64,000 nucleotides of DNA from Nanobdellota archaeon (lineage in GTDB: Archaea; Nanobdellota; Nanobdellia; Woesearchaeales; JAGLXL01), in assembly GCA_042577865.1 (NCBI GenBank), contig JBHPDN010000001.1, positions 9,192 to 73,191 on the forward strand, written 5' to 3'. The first letter of the stretch is position 1; each line of letters begins with the position of its first letter. The notes under the pieces are model-generated. The model was not told the origin of the DNA, did not search any database, and was given only the letters and a program-made list of their open reading frames with translations. Of the stretch, positions 18,761 through 27,442 are shown one piece after another. The translations under genes and the position numbers were made by a program.

Positions 18761-18946
18761 ATGTCTATGAAAACATTATTGGGGTTGGATGATCTAAATA
18801 TCACAGATCGAGAAATCATGGCCAGATTCAAACAGGCTTATGACCAAGGTTTGAATGAAGTTGAATTTTTGAATTCAAACGGCTCTAAAGTGATTATCAA
18901 ACTGCCGCTCATGGATCATTCAAAATACTACGACCCTTGGGACTGA
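18761..18946 (+). CDS. Small hypothetical protein
   Basis: 61-aa ORF divergent from phoU, followed by a T-tract. Confidence 0.6.
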   Translation: MSMKTLLGLDDLNITDREIMARFKQAYDQGLNEVEFLNSNGSKVIIKLPLMDHSKYYDPWD

Positions 18947-18973
18947 TTAATTTTTTCTTAAGCCCAATAGTTT

Positions 18974-19465
18974 TTAGAATATCTTTTGGAAGACTTTCCT
19001 TTTAACCAACCAAAGAACAAACACCAGCCAGATAATAGCAAAAGCATAACCGGCAATCACATCACTCCAATAATGTGTTCTCAGGTAAACTCTGCTCCAC
19101 CCCACCAGCAGAATAATCGCTGCATTAGTCAGGATAAAAGAATATTTCTTGTATTTATTGGTGATTTGGTCTTTGAAAACAAAAAACAGGATTGAAAAGA
19201 ACAACAAAGACTGGACCGCATGTCCGCTCGGAAAACTGTAGCCGCTTATTTGGATCAAAGGATTTTCTGGTCTGGGTATCTGAAAGATTTCTTTCCACAA
19301 AAAGTTCAGCAAAGACCCAACCATAAAACCAAAGACAACCAAAAGGGCTTGCATCTTTTTCTTTTTGTAAAACAAAAAAAGAATTAAAATAAAAGATAAC
19401 GGCAAAAGAAGCCACAAATCTCCTAAGACAGATATATAGTTTGCCGCTTCAATCAAAAATGTCAT
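18974..19465 (-). CDS. PAP2-family membrane phosphatase
   Basis: KxxxxxxRP, SFPSGH, SRVYLRTHYWSDV. Confidence 0.93.
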   Translation of the reverse strand: MTFLIEAANYISVLGDLWLLLPLSFILILFLFYKKKKMQALLVVFGFMVGSLLNFLWKEIFQIPRPENPLIQISGYSFPSGHAVQSLLFFSILFFVFKDQITNKYKKYSFILTNAAIILLVGWSRVYLRTHYWSDVIAGYAFAIIWLVFVLWLVKRKVFQKIF

Positions 19466-19556
19466 AATCCAGGAACATTTCCAGGACTTAAATATTTTTC
19501 CAATAATGTTCTTTAGAAAAGAAATTAATTTAAACTAAAAAATAATTTTTTATTAA

Positions 19557-20018
19557 ATGCCACATTTTCAATATTTAGGATTTGCCAATATTCTTTTCGC
19601 TTTAAATGATTCACCTAATTTTGAATTTAAAAGAAGGTGTCCTCGATTTGCAGACGGCAGCCGCATGATTTCAACAGATGGGTGGAAATCCAATCACAAG
19701 ATTGACAGGGCAATCTGGAGAAAGATGGGTCTTGAAGTGTTAGTGTACAAAAAAAATGACATCTATGTTGCCACAATCGGATCAAAAGAAGATTTTTCAT
19801 CTGTCGGAATTGTTCTGGAATCATTGGGTGCTCCATCCCAGTTTCGTTATGGAAGGCATTCAAACATGGATTTTAGATATGATAAGCTATACAATGAAGG
19901 AAAAGTTGAAGAGACTTATGTGCATGTTGATAAGATTGGCAGACCCCCTTGGCTGCTCGAAAAACCAACAAAAATAAAGGAAATCACTGATTTAATCGAA
20001 TATTCGAGGGCTGTTTAG
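19557..20018 (+). CDS. Hypothetical protein
   Basis: 153-aa ORF with upstream TATA. Confidence 0.65.
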   Translation: MPHFQYLGFANILFALNDSPNFEFKRRCPRFADGSRMISTDGWKSNHKIDRAIWRKMGLEVLVYKKNDIYVATIGSKEDFSSVGIVLESLGAPSQFRYGRHSNMDFRYDKLYNEGKVEETYVHVDKIGRPPWLLEKPTKIKEITDLIEYSRAV

Positions 20019-20022
20019 GACT

Positions 20023-20099
20023 TTTTCTCGTCGATAAACCAACCGCAACCTTTATAAAGCAAGACATCCTTTTCTGATATGGGTTTTCTCGTCGATAAA
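20023..20099. repeat. 16-bp direct repeat TTTTCTCGTCGATAAA (20023-20038 and 20084-20099) flanking the gyrB TATA box
   Basis: Two identical copies, starts 61 bp apart; each is an imperfect palindrome TTT-N-TCG-N-CGA-N-AAA; TTTATAAA at 20051-20058 lies between them. Confidence 0.9.
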
Positions 20100-20131
20100 G
20101 ATGTAAAAAACACCATTACTTTACCAAAAAA

Positions 20132-22009
20132 ATGACCTCAGATTACAGCGCAGAGCATATCAGAAAACTAAGTGGCAGACAGGCTGTTAGACAGCGCGCT
20201 CCCATGTATATTGGAGACACATCTATCAGGGGTTTCCATCATTTAGTCTATGAAGCAGTAGATAATTCCATAGACGAAGCTTTAGCCGGTTTCTGCAGCA
20301 AAATTAAGGTCATTATCCATCAAAACGGTTCTGTTTCTGTTATTGATAATGGTAGAGGAATTCCTATTGCTATCCACCCAAAACACGGCATCTCAGCTTT
20401 ACAGCTAGTTTTAACCGAACTTCATGCTGGTGGAAAATTTGATAAAAAAACATACAAAGTCAGTGGTGGCCTCCATGGTGTAGGTATTTCAGTTGTCAAC
20501 TTCCTCTCAGAAAAATTTGAAGTTATTGTCAAAAGAAACGGCAAAAAAGTCAAACAGCTTTATGAAAAAGGAAAACCTGTAACCGAAGTTGAAGAAATTG
20601 GCACTTCAGAAGACAATGGTACTAAAGTTACTTTCAAACCAGATGTTGAAATCTTTGGGGAACTTGAATTTCATTATGATATTCTTGCCAAAAGACTCAG
20701 AGAACTGGCTTTCCTTAATTCAGGAATTGAAATAGAACTGTTAGATGAAAGAGATGATAAAAAACAAACTTTCAAGTACGAAGGCGGCCTCAAATCTTTT
20801 GTTGAATTCCTGAATAAAAACAAAAATCCCATCACCCCCATCATCTACGCCAAAAAAAGTAAAGATGATTACGGACTGGAATTTGGTTTTCAATACAATG
20901 ATGGTTATCAGGAAAACATTTACACTTTTGCCAACAATATTAACACCATTGAAGGCGGAACACACCTGTCTGGTTTCAGAACCGCTCTCACCAGAGTTTT
21001 AAACAATTACGCTAAAAAACACAAGATTGAAGTCAAGTTCTCAGGAGACGATGCCAGAGAAGGACTAACAGCTATTATTTCAATCAAACTGGCCAATCCT
21101 CAGTTTGAAGGTCAGACCAAAACCAAACTAGGTAATTCAGAAGTTCAGGGGATCGTTAGCTCGTTAATTAATGACTCTTTATCAGAATTCCTTGAAGAAA
21201 ATCCTGGTGTAGCTAAAACTATTCTTAACAAATGCGCTGAAGCAGCCAGAGCCAGAGCAGCCGCTCAAAAAGCCAAGGAATTGACCAGAAGAAAATCAGT
21301 CTTAGAAGGCAGCACCTTACCTGGTAAATTAGCTGACTGCTCAAACAAAGATGCTTCCAAATGCGAAGTCTATATTGTAGAAGGAGATTCAGCTGGTGGT
21401 TCTGCCAAACAAGGCAGGAACAGAGATTTCCAGGCCATCTTACCGCTAAGAGGTAAAATCCTCAATGTTGAAAAGGCCAGATTAAACAAAATTTTTGAAA
21501 ATAATGAAATTGTCAATATGGTTACTGCCATTGGCACAGGTATTGGCGATGAATTCAATATTGAAAAAATAAGATATCACAAGATTATTATTATGACAGA
21601 CGCTGATGTTGACGGTGCCCACATTAGAACTTTAATTTTAACTTTCTTTTTCCGTTACATGAAAGCTTTGATTGAAGCCGGCCATCTTTACATTGCTCAG
21701 CCCCCTTTGTACAAAGTTCAAAAAGGAAAAACTTTCAAATATGCTTTTACAGATGAAGAGATGAAAAAACTGACACAGGAATTTGGTGAAGGTTGCCATG
21801 TTTCTCGTTACAAAGGTCTGGGAGAGATGAACCCAAAACAATTATGGGAAACCACTATGAATCCAGACAACAGAATTCTCAAACAAGTCACTATTGAAGA
21901 CGCTATTGAGTCAGATAGAATTTTCACCATTCTTATGGGAGACGAAGTCGAACCGAGAAGAAAATTCATCCTTGACCACGCCAAAGAAGTTGTTAACTTA
22001 GATATTTAA
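20132..22009 (+). CDS. gyrB: DNA gyrase subunit B
   Basis: [70 protein letters not shown]. Confidence 0.97.
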   Translation: MTSDYSAEHIRKLSGRQAVRQRAPMYIGDTSIRGFHHLVYEAVDNSIDEALAGFCSKIKVIIHQNGSVSVIDNGRGIPIAIHPKHGISALQLVLTELHAGGKFDKKTYKVSGGLHGVGISVVNFLSEKFEVIVKRNGKKVKQLYEKGKPVTEVEEIGTSEDNGTKVTFKPDVEIFGELEFHYDILAKRLRELAFLNSGIEIELLDERDDKKQTFKYEGGLKSFVEFLNKNKNPITPIIYAKKSKDDYGLEFGFQYNDGYQENIYTFANNINTIEGGTHLSGFRTALTRVLNNYAKKHKIEVKFSGDDAREGLTAIISIKLANPQFEGQTKTKLGNSEVQGIVSSLINDSLSEFLEENPGVAKTILNKCAEAARARAAAQKAKELTRRKSVLEGSTLPGKLADCSNKDASKCEVYIVEGDSAGGSAKQGRNRDFQAILPLRGKILNVEKARLNKIFENNEIVNMVTAIGTGIGDEFNIEKIRYHKIIIMTDADVDGAHIRTLILTFFFRYMKALIEAGHLYIAQPPLYKVQKGKTFKYAFTDEEMKKLTQEFGEGCHVSRYKGLGEMNPKQLWETTMNPDNRILKQVTIEDAIESDRIFTILMGDEVEPRRKFILDHAKEVVNLDI

Positions 22010-22010
22010 A

Positions 22011-22244
22011 ATGGATAATTCTCAAGAAGAAATAGGATACAAAAACGCAACCGAAACTCTTGATCAAAAGTTCCTCAATCAGGAAAACGGCATAGAGGAG
22101 GTTAGTTGGAGAGAGGAAAAAGTTAATTTAGAAATAGCATTCAAACAATTGCCTGATGAGTTACAAAAAACTTATCAAAAAGATTACGAGGATTATCTTC
22201 GCGCCATTGATTTTGCTGTGGATCACCCTGACCTTATGTTCTGA
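22011..22244 (+). CDS. Small hypothetical protein
   Basis: 77-aa ORF 1 nt after gyrB; shares a motif with 48854..49108. Confidence 0.65.
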   Translation: MDNSQEEIGYKNATETLDQKFLNQENGIEEVSWREEKVNLEIAFKQLPDELQKTYQKDYEDYLRAIDFAVDHPDLMF

Positions 22245-22298
22245 AATTAACCTAAATAAACGTAATCTTTATAAATACCCTATAATTTTTCACACACC

Positions 22299-23102
22299 AT
22301 GGCTAAAGTTAAAGCAAAAGTAACAACTAAGGTTAAGAAGAAATATTGGTTTCCAATAATTGCTCCTAAGCAGTTCCACAATAAAGAGTTAGGAGAAATT
22401 CATTTAATCAATCCAGAAAAGGCCATTAACCGGACTCTTCGTATCAATCTTCAAAATTTAACCGAGAGTATGCGTGACCAGAATGTTTACATTAAATTCA
22501 GAATCACTTCTGCTTCTGGCAATAACTTAAACACAGAGCCAATTGGTTATTTTATGGTTCCTGCTTCTATCAAAAGAATGGTTAGGAGACACTCTGACCG
22601 AATTGATGAAAGTTTTGTCATTGAAACTGCTGACAAAAAGAAAGCCAGATTCAAGTTCATCTTGGTGACTTTGAACAACACCAAGAGATCTGTTAACACC
22701 AGCATCAGAAAGGCTCTTCTTGAAAATATTTCTCAAGAAATTCCTAAGATGACATTTGAAGAAGTTCTTAGCAAACTTATTCCTCACCGTCTTCAAAACG
22801 AGCTTAAGAAAAAACTCAGCAAAGTTTATCCAGTCAAAATAGTTGAAGTTAAACACTTAAGTATTGAAAAAGAAAAACTTGGTTTGAAAGCTAAGAAAGG
22901 CGAAGAAGTTGAAGAAAAGCCAAAGAAAGAAAAAATCATTGATGAAAAGATCAAGACTCCTAAAGAAGCGGTTGAGAAAGTGACTGAGAAAGCTGTTGAA
23001 GAAGTTGTAGAAAAGGTGGAAAAGCTGCCAGAAGAAGAAGCAGAAAAAGCAGCTGAAGAATTAGTTGAAGAAAAACCAGTTAAAGAAGAAAAGAAAGAAT
23101 AA
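22299..23102 (+). CDS. rps3ae: 30S ribosomal protein S3ae (eS1) with Glu/Lys-rich C-terminal extension
   Basis: KKYWFPIIAPKQF, IKRMVRRHSDRID, KVYPVKIVEVK. Confidence 0.92.
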   Translation: MAKVKAKVTTKVKKKYWFPIIAPKQFHNKELGEIHLINPEKAINRTLRINLQNLTESMRDQNVYIKFRITSASGNNLNTEPIGYFMVPASIKRMVRRHSDRIDESFVIETADKKKARFKFILVTLNNTKRSVNTSIRKALLENISQEIPKMTFEEVLSKLIPHRLQNELKKKLSKVYPVKIVEVKHLSIEKEKLGLKAKKGEEVEEKPKKEKIIDEKIKTPKEAVEKVTEKAVEEVVEKVEKLPEEEAEKAAEELVEEKPVKEEKKE

Positions 23103-23112
23103 TTCTTATTTA

Positions 23113-26100
23113 TTAAACCTTATCAAACCAAAGATCAAACTCTTCTCCTTTTAATTTCTCTTTAGAATGATGTTCATGGTTTCGGGCAGGCCCTAAATTA
23201 GAAATCTTAATTTTAGAGGCGCCGCATTTCAATTTAATGTCTTCTTCAAAGTTTTCTAGCATAGACACCATATCTTCATTGACACCAATAAACAAAACAA
23301 TGGAATCTATCTTCTCTAAACCTGCTTTCTTACGCAGCTGCTGCACCCGTCTCATTAATTCACGGGCATAACCTTCTGCTTCAAGTTCATCAGTCACTTC
23401 CTGGTTCAGATAAACAAAACCGTGCTTGAACTCAGCTTCTTTGTATGGATAAGGAATATCTTTTTCAACCATCAGATGATCTTTAGTAATGCAAACTTCC
23501 TGGCCGTCAATTTCAAATTTATACCCATGGTTATTAACTTTATTCAAAATTGTTTGCGGGCTTTCCATAGCCAGCTTAGCAATTATTTTTGGAGCCAAAG
23601 CACCAAAAGCCGGACCCAGCTTGGCATAATCAGATTTGATTTTCTCAGAAACACCTTCCATTTCATTCTTAACCACGACTGCTTTGACATTAGTCTGATT
23701 TTTAATGATATCTTTCATAGCTGTAACAGCCTCACGGACATTTTCATCTGAAGAAACAACCACTATTTCTTTGCACGGCCATCTCAATCCCCTTCCAACC
23801 TTCTCACGGGCATTCAAAACACCTTGAATAACAGAACCAGCTACATCCATCTGCACTTCCAGTTCAGAATCAATCAAGCTGTCATCTGAAACAGGCCATT
23901 TCCAGTGGTGGATACTTTCTTCTTTCAAATCAAATTCAGATTTCAAATTCAAAAACATGGCTTCAGTAATAAACGGGCAGATTGGTGCAAACATTTTCAA
24001 AGTTTCAAACAAGACACGAGCTACTGTGTAAAGAACAACATTCTTGTCAATTTTAGAACCCACCGCACTCTTTTCTCTGACCATTTGGATATAAGTTCTG
24101 CTCAAATCTAAAAATAACCCTTCAATCGGTGAGATAGTTTCATCCAAACGATATTCATCAAATAAACTAGTTACTTTTTTAATTGTCTGATTCAATCTGG
24201 ACATAATATATTTCTCTTCCAAACTAAATAAATCCTGAGCTAAATCAGGTCCTAATTGAAATGGATTGACAGAATTTTCTTTAGCCAGTGAAATCAATAA
24301 TTTATGAACATTCCAAAGAACATTCAGATGTCTTTCTTTCAAAGCGAGTTCATCCCAACTAAATCTCATTTCCTGGCCGGCATTGACAGAACAGACATAG
24401 TATCTCATTGCATCTGCTCCGTGTTTGTCAATCAGTTCATATGGTGAAATAATATTACCAAGAGACTTACTCATCTTTTGACCGTCTACTCCAAGCAGCA
24501 TTCCATGCATATAGACATTCTTAAAGCAATTTTTGTCAAAACCTAATTGCGAGCAAATTGAAAGCATACTAAACCAAAGACGAACCTGTTCAGTTGCCTC
24601 TAAAATAAAATCAACCGGGAAAAACTTTTCAAAATAATCTTTGCGCTGAGGATAATGCAGACAAGCCCAGGAAGCCACACCAGCATCAATCCAGACATCA
24701 ATAATATCTGGAATTCGTTTCATCTTGCCGTGGCATTTACAGGTCCATTCAACCTCATCAATCCAGGGCCTGTGTAAATTGTCAGGAACCTTAACTCCCT
24801 TATCCTCTAATTCCTTAACAGAACCAATCACTTCAACTTCATCACAGTTAGAACATTTCCAGATTGGTACGGGTGTTCCCCAATATCTTTGACGGGTAAT
24901 TGAATTGTCTTTCAGATGAGATGTCCAGGCTTCAAAAGCCTGTGTTTGAGGCACCCAATGAACTTCCTTGTCAGCTTTGATCATAGCGTCCTTCAAATCT
25001 TCAATCTTAAAGAACCATTGTTTTGTGGTCTTGAATATAACTCCATTATGGCATCGCCAGCAGTGAGGATAATCGTGCTCTACAGGAGTGGAAGCAATCA
25101 AAACACCTGCTTCATCCAAATCTTTGATAAATTTAGCATCATCTTTCTTGGCAATTCGGCGGGCAAAAGGTCCGTCAGCAGGAAACTCTCCCTGTTCGCT
25201 TAGATTGTTGTAAGGAGGAATTTCATTTTCCCGACCCACCTCATAATCCTCAGGTCCGCAGCCAGGAGCCATATGCACCAGACCAGAACCTGCAGAAAAA
25301 TCAACAAATTCTTTTGATAAAACCACTGTATAAATATTTGGATACTCTTCCTTTAATTCCTTTAAACCAGGAGTAGTTTCAAACCAAGGGTGTTCATATT
25401 CAACACCTTTCAAATCAATTCCTTTGAACTCCTCAAGAATCTCCATTTTTTTATCTGCCACTGACTGAACCACTGGTGCCGCCAGAGACTTTCCTAAAAT
25501 CCAAATTTCATCCTCAACCTTAGCCTTAACATAATCTAGTTCAGGATTGACCATAATACCTAAATTAAAAGGAATTGTCCAGGGAGTGGTCGTCCAGATA
25601 ATCAAATATTCATTTTCTTTTCCCTTGACTTTAAATTTCAAAAAAATAGAATCATCAGTTACTTCCTTGTATTCACATTCGTGTTTTGCCAAAGCAGTTT
25701 CACAGTCAGCACACCAAGTCATCACCTTCTCTCCCAAATACAATCTTTTTTTCTTCCAGGCCTGCTTGATCATCCACCATTCTGATTCCATGTATTCATT
25801 TTTCAAAGCCATGTAAGTGTCTGAATAATCCAAAGTAGAACCCATTCGCAGAAAATCCTTGGTCATCTGCTCACCCATTTCCAAAGAAAAAGCAATACAT
25901 TCTTTGATAAACTTGTCAAGACCAAATTTTTCAATGTCTTCTTTGTATTTTAAATTATGTTTGGCCATAACCTTATGGGCAGTCGGCAGGCCGTGAACAT
26001 CATAACCGTTTCTGTCCCAGACATCAAAACCCTGCATTCTTTTGTAACGCAATGACATGTCTTTCAAAACAGTATTCCAGGCCGTTCCCAAATGAACTTT

Positions 26101-26247
26101 GCCGGAAGTATAAGGAGGACCCTGCAAAAAACACCAGCTTGGACCGTTTTTGTTTTTCTTGCGCAGATTCTCAAGAATCTTATTATGATCCCAATGTTTA
26201 ACTAATCCAGGTTCAATCTCAGTATGTTTATAGACAGGATATTTCAT
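23113..26247 (-). CDS. ileS: Isoleucine--tRNA ligase (archaeal/eukaryal type)
   Basis: GPPYTSGKVHLGTAWN, WTTTPWT, GSGLVHMAPG, RQRYWG, KMSKSLGN, EGYARELMRRVQQLRK. Confidence 0.96.
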   Translation of the reverse strand: MKYPVYKHTEIEPGLVKHWDHNKILENLRKKNKNGPSWCFLQGPPYTSGKVHLGTAWNTVLKDMSLRYKRMQGFDVWDRNGYDVHGLPTAHKVMAKHNLKYKEDIEKFGLDKFIKECIAFSLEMGEQMTKDFLRMGSTLDYSDTYMALKNEYMESEWWMIKQAWKKKRLYLGEKVMTWCADCETALAKHECEYKEVTDDSIFLKFKVKGKENEYLIIWTTTPWTIPFNLGIMVNPELDYVKAKVEDEIWILGKSLAAPVVQSVADKKMEILEEFKGIDLKGVEYEHPWFETTPGLKELKEEYPNIYTVVLSKEFVDFSAGSGLVHMAPGCGPEDYEVGRENEIPPYNNLSEQGEFPADGPFARRIAKKDDAKFIKDLDEAGVLIASTPVEHDYPHCWRCHNGVIFKTTKQWFFKIEDLKDAMIKADKEVHWVPQTQAFEAWTSHLKDNSITRQRYWGTPVPIWKCSNCDEVEVIGSVKELEDKGVKVPDNLHRPWIDEVEWTCKCHGKMKRIPDIIDVWIDAGVASWACLHYPQRKDYFEKFFPVDFILEATEQVRLWFSMLSICSQLGFDKNCFKNVYMHGMLLGVDGQKMSKSLGNIISPYELIDKHGADAMRYYVCSVNAGQEMRFSWDELALKERHLNVLWNVHKLLISLAKENSVNPFQLGPDLAQDLFSLEEKYIMSRLNQTIKKVTSLFDEYRLDETISPIEGLFLDLSRTYIQMVREKSAVGSKIDKNVVLYTVARVLFETLKMFAPICPFITEAMFLNLKSEFDLKEESIHHWKWPVSDDSLIDSELEVQMDVAGSVIQGVLNAREKVGRGLRWPCKEIVVVSSDENVREAVTAMKDIIKNQTNVKAVVVKNEMEGVSEKIKSDYAKLGPAFGALAPKIIAKLAMESPQTILNKVNNHGYKFEIDGQEVCITKDHLMVEKDIPYPYKEAEFKHGFVYLNQEVTDELEAEGYARELMRRVQQLRKKAGLEKIDSIVLFIGVNEDMVSMLENFEEDIKLKCGASKIKISNLGPARNHEHHSKEKLKGEEFDLWFDKV

Positions 26248-26293
26248 GTTAGTGTGAGAATAGAGGGTTATTTAAAAAGATTACGTTGAAAAG

Positions 26294-26848
26294 TTAGGCC
26301 TTAACCTTCTTGCTCAATTGAACAAACTTAGAACCAATCTCTTTCAAATAACTCTGCTGTTTTTTGTTCAGTTCAACTAACTCCTTAAGATAAACACCAT
26401 GCTTGCCGTCAACCAAAGCCATATTACTTTCCAAATCCAGTCTTTTTCCCAAACGGTAAATTATTTTTTCATAGAAATCCTTAAACAAATTTAACTGAAA
26501 CTTGATATAACCAACCTCATCAATCACTTTCCTGATATTGATTTGATTGTCATTCAAAAACTTATTTCTTGCTTTCTTGACTTCATCTTCATCCCCTGTT
26601 AAAGTATGAACTTGAAGTTTCATCAAATGATTGGCCAAAGAGATTATCTTTTCATTGACCACCTGGCCGTATTTCAGCTCCTTAATGATTTGACGAAAAG
26701 CCCTCAATTGCTCCTTGTCTTCATCATTCAAAAAATCATAAGTATTGGATCTGATCCAGTATTTGTTGAACAAAGAAATATTCTTGTCAAAACTCCCTAA
26801 ATCCTCAACCTCTCTCTTTAATTTACTCAAATCCATACTAAGAAACAA
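26294..26848 (-). CDS. Helical hypothetical protein
   Basis: 184-aa ORF, upstream TATA; start may be the internal Met (MDLSK). Confidence 0.75.
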   Translation of the reverse strand: MFLSMDLSKLKREVEDLGSFDKNISLFNKYWIRSNTYDFLNDEDKEQLRAFRQIIKELKYGQVVNEKIISLANHLMKLQVHTLTGDEDEVKKARNKFLNDNQINIRKVIDEVGYIKFQLNLFKDFYEKIIYRLGKRLDLESNMALVDGKHGVYLKELVELNKKQQSYLKEIGSKFVQLSKKVKA

Positions 26849-26938
26849 TTCAATTTGGTTTATAAAGATTGCTTTATTTAGAATAAAATATATCTATATT
26901 CAAAAGATTTAAATATCTCTAAGTCTAAAAATACTAAA

Positions 26939-27442
26939 ATGGAAGCTTTAGAATCACGTTTGAACCATGTCGAGTCTTTCAACACAGACGTTGTTGGACT
27001 TTATGAACCTGCTGTAGATGATGCCTACAAAAAAATGCAGAGTGAACTAGAAGATTTTCTTGAAAAACACGGCCGGGTAGAAAAAGTTCAGACTCGAGAA
27101 TGTATTTGGGGAGAAACAAACGAATGGCAGTACAAGGTTTATGATAAAGACGGCCAGTTAATTGCTGAAGTCCATTACAAACAAGGCCAAGAACAGGTTG
27201 TTGTAGCAGAACATCTTAAAGATGAAAGTATGAAAAAAGAACTGGACAATTACTTTGGCAAGGATTTTGATAAAAACCTTAAAAAACATGCTGAAGAATT
27301 CAGAAAAAAACATTATGGTGTTGGTAATCTAATCCCGTTACCGCGAGTTCCAGGAGGCCCAGATGATTATGAGAATTTGATTCCTTTACCTAGAGCTCCA
27401 ACTGATCCAGAAGATTTTGTTCCTTTACCTAAAGCACCTTAG
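26939..27442 (+). CDS. Hypothetical protein with three C-terminal PLP(R/K)xP repeats
   Basis: NLIPLPRVP / NLIPLPRAP / DFVPLPKAP; TATA upstream. Confidence 0.75.
   Translation: MEALESRLNHVESFNTDVVGLYEPAVDDAYKKMQSELEDFLEKHGRVEKVQTRECIWGETNEWQYKVYDKDGQLIAEVHYKQGQEQVVVAEHLKDESMKKELDNYFGKDFDKNLKKHAEEFRKKHYGVGNLIPLPRVPGGPDDYENLIPLPRAPTDPEDFVPLPKAP

Noticed and set aside
20023..20099. The 16-bp repeat as a mini-CRISPR or target-site duplication
   Set aside because: Only two short copies; the intervening DNA is the gyrB promoter; no cas or transposase nearby.
26939..26968. Shared N-terminal LExxL in orphans (MEALESRL here; MALEDKL at 60303) as an export signal
   Set aside because: Only two instances of a very short motif; not distinguishable from chance here.
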